Origin: Eledone cirrhosa
Taxonomy: Eukaryota
Assembly (NCBI GenBank): GCA_964016885.1
Contig: OZ024743.1
Span: 292,268,001 to 292,332,000, forward strand
Direction: 5' to 3'
DNA length: 64,000 bases
Shown: positions 38,581-51,125 of the stretch, piece by piece
How positions within the stretch are numbered: the stretch's first letter is position 1
Layout of the letters: the number at the start of each line of letters is the position of its first letter
Notes under the pieces: model-generated
Database searches by the model: none
Told to the model about the DNA's origin: nothing
The model's input: the letters and a program-made list of their open reading frames with translations, nothing else
Translations under genes and position numbers: made by a program

Positions 38581-41500
38581 GATTTCATTTATTGGCCACA
38601 AGGGCCGACATATAGGGGACAATACAAAAGACTGGGACATGGGGTTTTACAGAAAAACTGAGTAAATAATATGAATAACAATAACAAAGTAACAATAAAG
38701 TAACAATAAAATTACAACAAGAAAAAAATTCCCCAATAGGGGGGATGACCACCTAGGGTTCGCTCAGGTACCCCACCAGTCCTTAACGACCCGACGCTTC
38801 GAAAGCACCCCGGATGCGCAACCCTCCCCTCTTCAAATTTACCTACCTACAGCCGGATGACCAGAGTAGGCCCACTCACACGGGCCATTCTTGCCACATT
38901 CACCCACCTTTCAGCAAATGTACTGGGGGGGGGGGCAGCACTTCTCTCTCCACCTTCACCTTCCTTTCCTAGTGAAACTTGAAAAAGTTGATGAGGGATT
39001 GGCCGAAGAGAAAGGTCTCTGTCTTCCGTCCTTTCAACCTCGTCCACCATATAACCTCTTTCGCTACTGCCACCAGACAGAGGAAAATTGCCTGCCCTTC
39101 CTGGCCAAAACAAGACGGCGGGTCAATCTTCACTATGGACTTGGCCGATAGCCGGATCCGTTCTACACGCGACAACAGCTGTTCAACATAACTCCACAAG
39201 TCAGTAATGCACGGACACTGGACGAGTGCGTGCTGAACGGTTTCGTCGCTCTGCGCGCATCTCGGGCAGGTCCGTCTGACAGCACTTCCGTGCCTGTAGA
39301 GTTTATCTCGAACCAACAGTGCCCCCCAGTAGCACTGCCAAGCGAGGGATTTTTGGAAATTATCCCTCGTCCCCGGCTCGAAATTCCTCCCGTACAGACT
39401 GGTTAGTTCGACTTCGTTGACTCCCAGGGCCTCTCCGAGTGCGTCGTCGCACTTGCCCACCACTAATCCTCTATAGAACTGGAGAGTGGAAGTTCCACTG
39501 ACTGCATTGCCCGCCTGGTAGAGGGGAGTGAGTGCTTGGCAACATTCCAGATGCCACTCACCCAGTTTCGGTCTCTTCTTGACCCATGACTGCAACTCAG
39601 TCAAAGAAACGATCTGCGAAAAGGCACGTCTGACAAACGGCGACCACACCTGTTCACCGTTTAGGCAGAATATCTGAAGATGCCGCAGCTTCAGCCCGTG
39701 CCTGCGCATCATTAGCCACGGCATGCCCAGCCCTCCACGTAGAGGGTGCTGGCAGCCGATGGACCGCCTCACCAGCGGAACCTGACCCCTCCACAGAAAT
39801 TTGAAGAGGAGCCGCTCCAAGATGGCGAGGCGCAAACGGGGGCAAGGGACGACAGTCATACGGTAGTAGATGAGGACGCGATGTACGCGTTCGCAACCTC
39901 CGCCCGACCTTTCAGTGATAGCTTCATCCCAGCCCATTTCTGGGTGAGACTGACTACCCTGCCCTTCACCTAGTCCCAATTCTTATCCACCTGGAGGTCT
40001 GGCCCGAACCAAACCCCTAACAACTTTACCGGTCCGTCCGTCCAGCGCCTAACGACGCTGTTTGACGGCATGGACTTGCCTCTCCAGGTGCCGAGTTGCA
40101 AGCCCACTGACTTTTCCGGGTTAAGTTTTGCTCCCATCAACCTTTCATATTCCTCCAATAAGTTGCCGACCACCTTTATTTCTGAGGTGTCCGACACCAT
40201 CACGGTGATGTCATCCGTATAAGCCGACACAGCCTTTCCGCGTCCCGGTTCGAGCGGGATGCCCTGCAACAGCTCCAGCTTCCGCAGTAAAGGCTCGAGA
40301 GTCAATACGTACAGAAGGGAGGAGAGAGGGCACCCTTGACGGACCGATCGGGAGACCTGAAACGGTTCCGAGAGGTGGCCATTAATTTTGACCACCGAGC
40401 AGGTGCCGCTGTGAATTGCAGCGATCCAGCTTCTGAAGACGGGGCCGAAGCCAGCCGACTTGAGGTCAGCCTCCAGGTACCGATGGTCGACCCTATCGAA
40501 TGCTTTCGATTGATCTAAATTGATCAGAGCCCCACCGAAACCAGGTTTACACCCTACTCTCTCTATGATGTATTGCATTAGGTGGAGGTTGTCGTGTATG
40601 GACCTGGTTGGGATTGCGCAAGTTTGCGCCTCCCCAACCAAATCCCCGACGGCACACGCCAACCTATTCGCTAACACCCTGGCCAAAATCTTAAACTCTG
40701 TGTTGAGCAGAATTATGGGCCTGAAATTGTCTAATATGTCCCTCTTCTTCTCGTCTTTCCTTATCAGCGTCACTACGCCCCGGCTCACAGAACTGGGAAT
40801 ACACCCGTTTTGCTGCCAGTTGCAGTAGAGGGCTTCGAGGAGATTGGAGAACAATTCTGGCATATTTACGTAAAGCTCGTAGGGCAGACCATCCAAACCG
40901 GGTGACTTGCGCCTCATGCAGCCGACAAGGGCATCCTGATCTCGGCTGAAGTAATTGGCCTTTCGCAGCGCCCAGCGTCAGCCGTCGAGTGTTGCGGCAA
41001 GCCATCGAGTTAGAGACTGAAGTCCGCCACCATCTCTGACCTGCCACTTCATTCGAACAACCGACAAAAATGTTGGCAAAAGGCCTCACACATCCGCTGG
41101 GAATCGCTCAGCTCGTGTCCGTATCGGTCCGTGAAAGACCGAATCGTGTTTTTTTTACCATGCTGCGCCTCTGCCACGCGGGCCCATCGTACAGCTTTGA
41201 TTCCCTCGTTTCTCAGAGCTCGCGCCTTAGCTCTGACAATGCAACCTTCGTGTTTCGCATTGAAGAAATGGTCTAATCCTATTCTCGCCGCTAGCACGTC
41301 AGTTGCAATGCCACTACCAATAGCCTCGTCTAACTTATCTACCAACTCCCCTTCCTTTCTATTTTTCTCTAATGCTACTTCTCTGCTAAACTCTATCGAC
41401 ATTACTCTAATCTCTCTTTTGAGAGCCCCCCCCCCCCCCCCCACCCACTATCTATTGTTGACGACTCCCCCTGTCATCTTTTTCTTAACTAATTTGTTGA

Positions 41501-44500
41501 CCTGGTCCCTGTAAGCCTTACGTGCCGCAAATGACATGTTTAGCTTCCAGTAACCAGGTCCTAACCTACGCGTCTAACTAGGTCGGCCATACAGATCACA
41601 AACTTGTGATCTGAATAGGCCACCGTTTCAAAACGTGGACAGTTTACACTATTTCTGTCTATTTTCCTAATGAATATCCTGTCTATATACGATCTAGATG
41701 ACCCTATGCGGTTAGTCCAGGTCCACACTGGCGCATTAGGGATATCTAGTTGGTACCTGTCAGACATTTGGAACTGGCTGATCAGGTTCTTAGAGGCTTT
41801 TGCACCCACCCCCCACCCGCTCCTATCGGATACTCCGACACAGTCCCAGCGTTCGTCTAAGATGCCGTTCCAGTCCCCCGCTAACAGTAAAGGGCGAGAC
41901 ATACCCAGAGAGGCTTCCAGGCGTCTAAAGAAGTCCGGCCGTCCTGCCCAGTAGGAGCATAGATGGCCACCAGTCTAAAGGCACCACCTTCGTTATTGTT
42001 CACGTCGAGGACCACCAACTTCCCGTCCGGGTCCCGGAAGATCGACCTTACCTCGAGATCCAGGCCTTTCCTAAACAGCACTGCCACCCCGCCTCCCATT
42101 CCCGGCCAACTAACAGATGCAAAGATCTGATAGTCGTCGAAAATGGGGGCTAGTGCGCGCGTGTCGGAAATCCTGGTCTCGCTGACGGCAATTACATCCA
42201 TTTCTAGAGACCTGAGGTCGTTGAGCAGGTGTCCCTGCTTCCAGGACGATCCCAGGCCTCGCACATTTAATCGTCCTACTCTTAATACGGCCACGTTGAC
42301 AGGTTAAAAAGAGAGAGGAAAGGTTTACTTACCTTCCGGGCTCTTGTGAAGGTTGGGTGGTTCGACTTCCATTGTTGGTGGGGTTTCTTTTGGAAACCCC
42401 TTTAAAGGTCTTGAAGTGGGTTTTACGTTCGGGGTTCCCACGTCCCGAGGAAAGCTGTCTCGTATTTCTTTGTATAAATCGAGCGACATTCGCACCAGAA
42501 ACAAATCTTCCGGCAAGCGAAATGTGCTCGATTTAAAATGTCCCCCTCTTTTAGTATATTTTCCCTTCGTGCTACGAGGGCCATCAGTTCCTTGTTGGCC
42601 CTCCTGACGCGCACCAAGTTTTGTATGTTTTGTTGGTGTGATTTTATTTGTTTGCGTGGCTGTGGTTGTGATGGTTTTGGTGGTGTTGTTTCGGTTGTGT
42701 CTGTGTTTGTTGTGAGTGCGGTGTCTGTGGTTTCAGATGTTTGTGTGTATATTTGTTCTTGCGTCTGTTTCAGTTGTTTGCGTTTGGGGGATTCTGGTGA
42801 TGGTGATGGTGGTGTTGATGTTGGTGTTATTGGAGAGATGTTTGCGTGGGTGTTGTCTGCGTTTTGTACTGTGGGTGATTTTGTGCTTTGTTGATTTTTT
42901 TTGTCTTTTTGTGTTTCCTTTTTTGTATTTTGGGGGATTTGGGCTTTTCCTCATCTTCACTACTGGTAGATAAGGTTTCTCTGTCTGTAAGTGTGTCTGT
43001 GTGTATGTTTATGTTTTTATTGGTGTGTGTATTTGGGTGGAGGGATTTAACAGCTCTCCTCGTTCCCCCCCCTGAGTGGTCAATGTTTGTGGTGGTCATT
43101 CTATTGGTGTTGTTGTTGGTGGATTTGCCGGTGCTGGTGTTGGTTGTGGTCCTCTCCCAGGCGTCGGCAGCAGTGGAGCCTTTGAACCCTTGCCTCTTTC
43201 AGCAGTTGAGGGCAGAAGGTTAGCAAATGGGTTTTTTCCCCACAAACAAAACAATGCGGTCTTTTCAGTTCGGTCATAATGTGAATGACCGTCCCATTCT
43301 GAAGGCGGATGTGGTCCGGGATTGTCTTCACATTCTCGGGCCTAATCTGGAGAAGGATCTCCAGGTCAACCTGGACCAGTCCTCTCTGGCCGTTCTGGTC
43401 ACTTCTATAAGGACGGTATCCGTCCCCTCCACAATCACACATCCCAGAAGCCACCACATGTCTAGTCCTGGTGGAATTCTGGGAATGCGGAGGCGGGCCG
43501 TTCTTGTTCCCATGTGGGAGGGGTACATTATGACCTTGCTGGTTTTGCAAGGAGTCATAGCGTGTTTCATAGCGAGGGCTTCTGACTTGAACAACACCGA
43601 AATGGTGCCGTACTGTCTGCCCCTCGCTATGTATTCGGTGTCTTCTCTGATGCACTACAGCGCGACTTCGACATCTGCGTGTGGGATTAAAGCTGCCCTT
43701 TTGGTTTGTGCTGAGATGCATCTATAAAGCACCGTTCTGCGCTCCACTGCCTCAATAGCTTCTACCGGGACAATTATGTTGACCCAGGTTTGCTCTTGTT
43801 TGATGTGCTTCCATGCCTGGGCCAACTTTTCATATTTGTTTGAGAGGTCCATGTTGAAGCATGGCCTCTCTTTTGCTGCTGCCGCAGCGAAAGTGTTCTT
43901 GATTTCGTTGGGGGTGTTGTTGTCGTTGTCGTTGTTCTTGTTGGTATTGTTGTTATCACTGTCGCTATTATCATTGTTGTCTTTGTTGCCACCGTTGTTC
44001 TCGGTGCATTTGGTATTGTTGCTGTTGGTGTTGTCGCTATTTGTTTTCATGTTAGTGGTGTTGATATTTTTGTTGCATTTGTCAATTTTTTTATTATCTG
44101 TATTTTCGTTGTCGCTGTTACTGTCATTTTTTTCCAAAATTAGAGTTCTCTTTGGTATCATTGGTGTCTTTGTTTACATTGTTTGTGGTGGTGTTTGTGT
44201 TATCAATTTGTGTTAATTTCGCTGTAGAGCTCCTCTCAACTTCCACGTCGTTGTCGCACGCCAGCAGACATATCGCTGGGGCGCGTGGCTCAGCCATGAT
44301 TTTTTTTTTCTTGGTAAATTTTTTAAAATGTAAAAAAAGTTCAAATATTTGGGCCAAAAGGCCCAAATATTATTCTTCCCCCTTCACAGGGCAAAGTCCA
44401 AAGGCTTCTATGCCTTACACAACAACAAAAATTCAAAAAATCAGTTTTGATAGGTAAATAAGTGAACTTACGGGAGCGAGCAAAAAGACGTCCGTTCAGA

Positions 44501-44503
44501 CTC
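38581..44503 (-). mobile_element. Tx1-like family T2, full-length disrupted copy
   Basis: ORF1 has CFVCGEKTHLLTFC. ORF2 fragments include APE (LNVRGL, AVSET), RT (RQGCPLS, AYTDD) and CPRC..HALVQC. Clearly diverged from T1, with TAA on both flanks. Confidence 0.9.
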
Positions 44504-44530
44504 AATAATAATAATAATAATAATAGAAAT

Positions 44531-44610
44531 GCTTTCTTTATTAACCACAAATGTTTACACAAAGTAGACATTAAGGGCAGTACAGGACAATACAGGACAA
44601 TACAGGACAA
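44531..44610 (-). mobile_element. T1 3'-terminal ~80-bp fragment (T1c)
   Basis: Matches the T1 3' UTR at 28431-28500. Confidence 0.8.
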
Positions 44611-44706
44611 GAAGAAGAAGAAGAAGAAGAAGAAGAAGAAGAAGAAGAAGAAGAAGAAGAAGAAGAAGAAGAAGAAGAAGAAGAAGAAGAAGAAGAAGAA
44701 GAAGAA
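44609..44706. repeat. (GAA)n microsatellite
   Basis: Seen directly. Confidence 0.95.
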
Positions 44707-44708
44707 TT

Positions 44709-46322
44709 TGTTGTTTGTCCTTGCCCTGATGCCCTTGACCATTATGCTGCGAAAAGTGAGAGCAGGATACAAGTTGGGAAGGGGAGAGCTTACCATCAAT
44801 CACCTCCTCTTCATGGACGATCTTAAGCTCTTCGGGAAAAGTGAGAAGGAGTTGGATGTGCTTGTTGACACTGTCCGTATTTTCAGCAGTGATATATGTA
44901 TGCAGTTTGGTATTGGTAAATTTAGAGTCATTGTGATGAGGAGGGGTAGGTTGAGCAGAAGTAACGGAATCCAGATACCAACAGGTGAGATGATAAAGGA
45001 AATTGACTCTGAGGAAGGTTACAAGTATTTGGGCGTTCTGGCGGCTGATGGCATAAAGAACAAAAAAATGAAGGAATTGTTAAGAACTGAATACATTCGG
45101 AGAGTAAGGAGCGTATTGAAGTCACATTTGAACAGCAGAAATGCCATAAGCGCAGTAAATTCCCGAGCTGTGTCTATTATTAGGTACAGTGCGGGAATTC
45201 TGAGATGGAATGGTGCTGAACAAAAAGAAATGGATAGGAAGACTAGGAAGCTATTGACTATCTACAACATGTTCCACAAGAGGAGTGATGTCGATAGACT
45301 CTACCTAAGGAGATCTGAGGGTGGAAGAGGTCTTATCAGCATAGAGGACTGTGTTCAGATGGAGAAAAACAGCCTACACAAATACGTGACTGATAGTAAG
45401 GAGCCAATGCTCAGAACTGTACTGAAGGATGGGACAATAGGCCAGGGGATGTCCAAGGAGGAAATAACATCAAGGAGAAAGAGCAGCCTTCGGGAAAAAT
45501 TCCTTCATAGTACCTTCTTTGAGAAAACTGAATTTAGAGATCCACAGACATGGAACTGGTTGAGAAGAGGAGACCTTAAAAAGGCTACAGAAGGAATGTT
45601 AATGGCTGCGCAGGAGCAGGCTCTCAAAACGAAGTGGTTGAAACACCATATTTACAAGGAGGAGGCTAGCCCACTGTGCAGGATCTGTGGAGAGAGAGAG
45701 GAGACTGTGGCTCACATTGTATCCGAGTGTAAACACCTAGCCCAGACCCACTATAAGGGCTGGAGACATGATGTGATGGGCAGGGTGATCCACTGGCACC
45801 TGTGCAAAGTAAACAATTTACCACATTCTGAGAAATGGTATCAGCATAAGCCAGAGGCGGTGATGGAGAACGATCAGGTGAAGGTGCTGTGGGATTTTAG
45901 GATACAGACGGACAAGAAACTGGAACACAATAGACCTGACCTGGTGGTTGTGGACAAAGAAAAAAGATCGTGTCTGATTGTGGATGTGGCCTGCCCATTC
46001 GACACGGGAGTGCAAGAGAAGGAGAGGGAGAAAATTAACCGATACCAGGACTTAAAGTGGGAGGTAAAAAGGATTTGGAACTGCCATGAAGTCAAAGTGA
46101 TGCCGATTGTCATAGGCGCACTGGGGACTATCTCCAAAAGTTTCCAGGGATGGTTAAAGAAAATCGGCCCCTTCACGCTTTTTGGAACGCTTCAAAAGGC
46201 ATGCTTGCTGGGAACAGCAAGAACCCTCCAATACGTCCTGAATATCTGAGGCTGCAGGTAGTGGCTTGATATTCATTCCAACGGACTTTCCAGTTAACTA
46301 ACATCAATGACTGAGATTCAAG

Positions 46323-46323
<1 letters not shown>
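44709..46323 (+). mobile_element. R4/Dong family B, 5'-truncated copy with an open frame (B5)
   Basis: Near-identical to B4 36929-38544 and open to the stop at 46249. TAA tail. Confidence 0.92.
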
Positions 46324-46383
<60 letters not shown>

Positions 46384-46385
<2 letters not shown>

Positions 46386-46682
46386 TTTCTTTATTAACCA
46401 CAAGGGTTTACATAAAGTAGACATTAAGGACAGTGCAGGACAATGCAGGACGGTACAAATGGGCATTTCTGCGTGTAAAAAAACAGAGGTTGAAATAAAA
46501 TAACAAAGAAAAATTCCCCAATAGGGGGGGGGGGGAGACTTCCAAGGGACATTTGTGGAGAAAGCCCATTAAAAGACCACAGTGGCCCTGACCACCAGGG
46601 CAAGTGCCCTCTCCCAGTTTTCCACCTTTAATTTACAGACACATACTCAGAGAAGGCCCATTCATTCGGGCCATACTTGCTT
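46384..46682 (-). mobile_element. T1 3' fragment (T1d)
   Basis: Matches 47428-47721. TAA on both flanks. Confidence 0.9.
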
Positions 46683-46714
46683 ATAATAATAATAATAATA
46701 ATAATAATCACATC

Positions 46715-47350
46715 AAAATACCCACAGCGAGCTAACAATCCTGATGTTGACAAAATACATACATTGGATAATGTGAAAGCATTTTGACCTGCCCCATCAA
46801 AAGAATTGGTGGGAGCATCAACCACCTCCCATACTTGAAAAAGATCACATCTCAAACTTGTGGAACTTTAGCATCCAAACAGACCGAAAAATAGACGCAA
46901 ATAGACCTGATATAATATTGAAGGACTTTAAAAAGAGGGTATGCCTGCTAATTGATATGTCTGTTCCAATAGACAAGAATGTATCTATAAAAACATTTGA
47001 AAAATTGACAAGTATAAGGACCTGCAGATAGAAATTGGAAAAATGTGAAAATTGAGAACTAAAACAATACCAGTGGTTGTAGGCGCTCTGGGAATGATAC
47101 CTAATGATTACTTATCGCAAATCCCAGGAAACCCGCGTGTAGGAGAAATACAAAAGATAGTACTAATGGGAACTGCCCATATACTAAGGAAGATTCTGTC
47201 AATATAAGTACATCACAAGTCTAAACACTAAAGATGCATGTGTGAGTATGTGTGTTCTTTCTTGAACATGGCGGACCTTGTTGTCTCTTGAGGTCACTGG
47301 TTGTGACTTGGTGATAACTCGTATGAACATAAAGCAAGATAAATGCAACT

Positions 47351-47351
<1 letters not shown>
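46715..47351 (+). mobile_element. R4/Dong family A, 3' fragment with an internal deletion (A3)
   Basis: Reverse complement of 4447-5330 with a gap. TAA on both flanks. Confidence 0.88.
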
Positions 47352-47428
<77 letters not shown>

Positions 47429-47671
47429 TTTTCTTTATTAACCACAAGGGTTTACATAAAGTAGACATTAAGGACGGTACAGGACAATACAGTACGGTAC
47501 AAATGGGCATTTCTGCGTGTAAAAAAAACAGAGGATGAAATAAAATAACAAAGAAAAATTCCCCAATAGGGGGGAGACTTCCGAGGGACATTTGTGGAGA
47601 AAGCCCATTAACAGACCACAGTGGCCCTGACCACCAGGGCAAGTGCCCTCTCCCAGTTTTCCACCTTTAAT

Positions 47672-50600
47672 TTACAGACACATACTCAGAGAAGGCCCAT
47701 TCATTCGGGCCATACTTGCTTCTCTCACCCATCTTTCAACAAAATGCTGGGAAGAGAGCACTTCCCTCTCTACCCTGATTTTCCTTTTCAAATGAAATTT
47801 GAAAAAGTTAATCAGGGCATCACCGAAGAGGTAAGTGCTCGTCTTCAGCCCTTTCAAACGTGTCCACCATACTATCTCTTTCGCCATGGCCACCAGACAG
47901 ATAAAAACTGCCTGCCCTTCCCGGCTAAAGGAAGAGGGCGGAGCAAACCTCACGATGGACTCAGCTGATAGCTGGATCCGTCCTACACGTGACAGCAGGT
48001 GTTCGACATAAACCCACAAGTCAGCAATGCTCGGACACTGGACGAGTGCGTGCAGGACGGTTTCGTCGCCCTGTGCGCATCTCAGACATGCCCGGCTGAC
48101 GGCACCTCCATGCTTGTAAAGTTTATCCCGAACTGGCAAAGCACCCCGGTAGCACTGCCAGGCCAGGGATTTCTGGAAGTTGTCCATAGGCCCCGGCCCG
48201 AAAGTCCTTCCGAAGAGATTGGCTAGTTGATTTTCGTCGACGCCTAGATTTTCTCCAAGTACGTCGTCGCTCTTCCCCTCCACTAATCCCCTATAGAACG
48301 CCAAGGTGGAGTTTCCACCGATCACATTGCCCGATTGGTCGAGGGCTGTGAGCGCCTGAAGACATTCCAGTCTCCAAGCGCTCCCTCTCGGTCTTCGCTT
48401 GACCCAGGACTGCAGCTCCGTCAAGGAGACGAGCTGGGGAAAAACGTGTCTAGCAAACGGCGACCACACCTGATCACCGTCGAGGAAGAGGTGGAGATTT
48501 CGTAGCCTGAGCGCGTGTCTGCGCATCATCAGCCACGGCATGCCCAACCCTCCACATAGTGGGTGTTGACAGCAGATGGACCGCCTGACCATCGGAGCGC
48601 GTCCCTTCCACAAGAAGCGAAAGAGCAAACGCTCCAGCGCAGTCAGGCGGGGCTTAGGACAAGGTACGACGGTCAGGCGGTAGTAGATGACGGACGCGAT
48701 GTACGCGTTAGCCACCTCCGCTCGACCTTTCAGGGATAGCTTCCTCTCGGCCCATTTCTGGGTGAGAGAAGCCACCCTGCTCGTCACCTCGTCCCAGTTT
48801 TTGTCCGTCTGGAGGTCTGGACCGAACCAGACCCCTAGCAATTTAACCGGTGCGTCTGTCCAGCGCCCGACGACGCTGTTGGACGGCATGGAACTGCCTC
48901 TCCAGGTGCTGAGCTGCAGGCCAACTGACTTTTCCTGGTTGATCATTGCTCCTCTCACCGCTTCGTATTCTCTTAGTGTAGTGCCGATCGCCTCGATGTG
49001 TTTGGCGTTCGACACCACTACGGTGACATCGTCGGCATATGCTGACACGGATCTTCCGCATCCTAGTTCGCGCGGGATCCCCCTCAACGTCTCCAGTTTG
49101 TGCAGTAATGGCTCGAGAGTCAATACGTACAATAGGGACGAGAGGGGACATCCTTGGCGGACCGAGCGCATGATGTTGAACGGTTCCGAAGGGTGACCCT
49201 TCACTCTCACTACAGAGCAGATGTTGCTGTGCATGGCAGCGATCCAGCCTCTGAAGACGGGCCCAAAGCCAGCCGCCCTCAGGACTGCCTCTAGGTAACG
49301 ATGGTCGACCCTATAGAAGGCTTTCGACTGATCTAAATTGATCAAAGACCCACCCGTGCCAGATTCCCTAGCTAACCTCTCTACGATGTATCGCATGAGG
49401 TGGAGGTTGTCGTGGATGGATCTGTCGGGAATGGCGCATGTCTGTGCCTCTCCCACCAGACCACCAACGACAAGCGCCAACCTCTTTGCTAGCACCTTGG
49501 CCAAAATCTTGAACTCTGTGTTTAGCAGAGTTATGGGCCTAAAATTATCTATGTTATCCCCCTTGTTCGGATCCTTTCTCAGCAGCGCCACCGCTCCTCG
49601 GCTCACAGAGCTGGGAATTCTCCCGTTCTGTTGCCAGTTGCAGTAGACGTCCGCCAAGAGGCCTCCGAACAAGTTTGGCATTTGTACGTAAAGTTCATAG
49701 GGCAGACCATCCAGACCAGGCGATTTACCCCTTGTGCAACTAGTCATTGCATCCCGTACTTCAGCGGTTGTTATCGGCTTTTCGCAACACTCCGCCTCAG
49801 TGGCCGAAAGCCGCGGCAGTCCGTCGAGGTAGACACTAAAGTCCATCCCTCGATCCGGCCCGCCACTGCCCCCGAACAGTTGAGCGAAGTGTCGCTGAAA
49901 AGCTTCACACATTTGCTCGGGATCGAGTAGCATGCGCCCGTCGTGGTCCACCAAAGACCGGATCGTGGCTTTGTTGCCACGACGCGCCTCCGCCACTCGG
50001 GCCCATTGAACGGCTTTCGTCCCCTCGTGTCTGAGAGCACGCACCCTAGGTCTGACAACGCAGCCTTCGTGCTTTGCATTGAAGAATTGGTCAAGGGCCA
50101 ATTTCGCCGCAAGTACGTCGGTCGCGATGCCTTTGCTAAGCGCCCCATCTAATTTTCTAACTAATTCTCCCTCTGCTCTATTTTTCTCTATTGCTAAAGT
50201 CTTACTAAACCTAATGGACTCTATTCTAATTGCTCTTTTCAGAGCAAACCACCACTTGTTGTTGACGATGGCCCCCGTCAACGCCCGCTTAACTAGTTCG
50301 CTAATCCGGTCTCTGTAGGCCTTGCACGTTGGTAAGGACGCGTTTAGCTTCCAGTAGCCGGGTCCTCGCCTATGAAGCCTATCTAAGTCAAGCACACAGA
50401 TCACGAATTTGTGGTCCGTGTAGCTGACTATCTTGAATTGTGGACAGCCTATGCTAGACCTATCTATTTCCCTACAAAATACTCTATCTAGATATGATCT
50501 GGATGACCCTATGCGATTTGTCCAAGTCCACATTGGTACATTCGGGAAATCCATTCGGTACCTGTCAGACAGTTCAAAACGTCTGAGCAGGTTGGTGAGA

Positions 50601-51091
50601 CTCTTGCACCCTCCTTCCCTATCCACTAATCCCACACAATCCCAGCGTGCATCTAAGATCCCGTTCCAGTCGCCCACTAACACTAAAGAGCGGGACGTTC
50701 CAAGAAAGGTCTCCAGACGCCGGAAGAAATCAGGCCGCCCTGCTCCTGTCGGGGCATAGACGGCCACTAACCTGAAAGCTTGCCCGTCTCCGCTGGTCAC
50801 GTCCAGCACCACCAACTTACCTTCTGGGTCCAGGAAGATGGCCCGTATGGCAAGATCCAAACCTCTCCGAAAAAGCACAGCAACTCCTCCCCCCGATCTC
50901 GGACGGCTGGGAGATGCGTACACATCGTAGCCGCCGAAGATCGGTGCGAAAACCTGTGCTTCGGAGATTCTGGTCTCGCTGATGGCCACTACATCTCTGT
51001 TTAGTGACCTGAGGTCGTTGAGCAGGTGGCCCTGCTTCCATGACAACCCCAAGCCACGCGCATTTATGCTGCCTATTCTGAGTGAGGTCAT
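47672..51091 (-). CDS. Tx1-like ORF2: APE endonuclease, reverse transcriptase and zinc-binding domain (1139 aa)
   Basis: SINARGL, AISET, VGDWN, LDRVF, YTDH; KSPGLDG, NFRPITLLN, RQGCPLS, AYADD; CLRC..ETVLHALVQC. Confidence 0.93.
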   Translation of the reverse strand: MTSLRIGSINARGLGLSWKQGHLLNDLRSLNRDVVAISETRISEAQVFAPIFGGYDVYASPSRPRSGGGVAVLFRRGLDLAIRAIFLDPEGKLVVLDVTSGDGQAFRLVAVYAPTGAGRPDFFRRLETFLGTSRSLVLVGDWNGILDARWDCVGLVDREGGCKSLTNLLRRFELSDRYRMDFPNVPMWTWTNRIGSSRSYLDRVFCREIDRSSIGCPQFKIVSYTDHKFVICVLDLDRLHRRGPGYWKLNASLPTCKAYRDRISELVKRALTGAIVNNKWWFALKRAIRIESIRFSKTLAIEKNRAEGELVRKLDGALSKGIATDVLAAKLALDQFFNAKHEGCVVRPRVRALRHEGTKAVQWARVAEARRGNKATIRSLVDHDGRMLLDPEQMCEAFQRHFAQLFGGSGGPDRGMDFSVYLDGLPRLSATEAECCEKPITTAEVRDAMTSCTRGKSPGLDGLPYELYVQMPNLFGGLLADVYCNWQQNGRIPSSVSRGAVALLRKDPNKGDNIDNFRPITLLNTEFKILAKVLAKRLALVVGGLVGEAQTCAIPDRSIHDNLHLMRYIVERLARESGTGGSLINLDQSKAFYRVDHRYLEAVLRAAGFGPVFRGWIAAMHSNICSVVRVKGHPSEPFNIMRSVRQGCPLSSLLYVLTLEPLLHKLETLRGIPRELGCGRSVSAYADDVTVVVSNAKHIEAIGTTLREYEAVRGAMINQEKSVGLQLSTWRGSSMPSNSVVGRWTDAPVKLLGVWFGPDLQTDKNWDEVTSRVASLTQKWAERKLSLKGRAEVANAYIASVIYYRLTVVPCPKPRLTALERLLFRFLWKGRAPMVRRSICCQHPLCGGLGMPWLMMRRHALRLRNLHLFLDGDQVWSPFARHVFPQLVSLTELQSWVKRRPRGSAWRLECLQALTALDQSGNVIGGNSTLAFYRGLVEGKSDDVLGENLGVDENQLANLFGRTFGPGPMDNFQKSLAWQCYRGALPVRDKLYKHGGAVSRACLRCAQGDETVLHALVQCPSIADLWVYVEHLLSRVGRIQLSAESIVRFAPPSSFSREGQAVFICLVAMAKEIVWWTRLKGLKTSTYLFGDALINFFKFHLKRKIRVEREVLSSQHFVERWVREASMARMNGPSLSMCL

Positions 51092-51125
51092 GTTGAAAAG
51101 GAGTGGAAAAGATGGGAAAGACCAC

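Noticed and set aside
44462-46249. 595-aa ORF with a poly-N/poly-K N-terminus as a novel fusion protein
   Set aside because: It is chance read-through of the antisense T2 end, TAA, T1c and (GAA)n into truncated B5. It starts at a non-ATG codon and lacks half of the RT.
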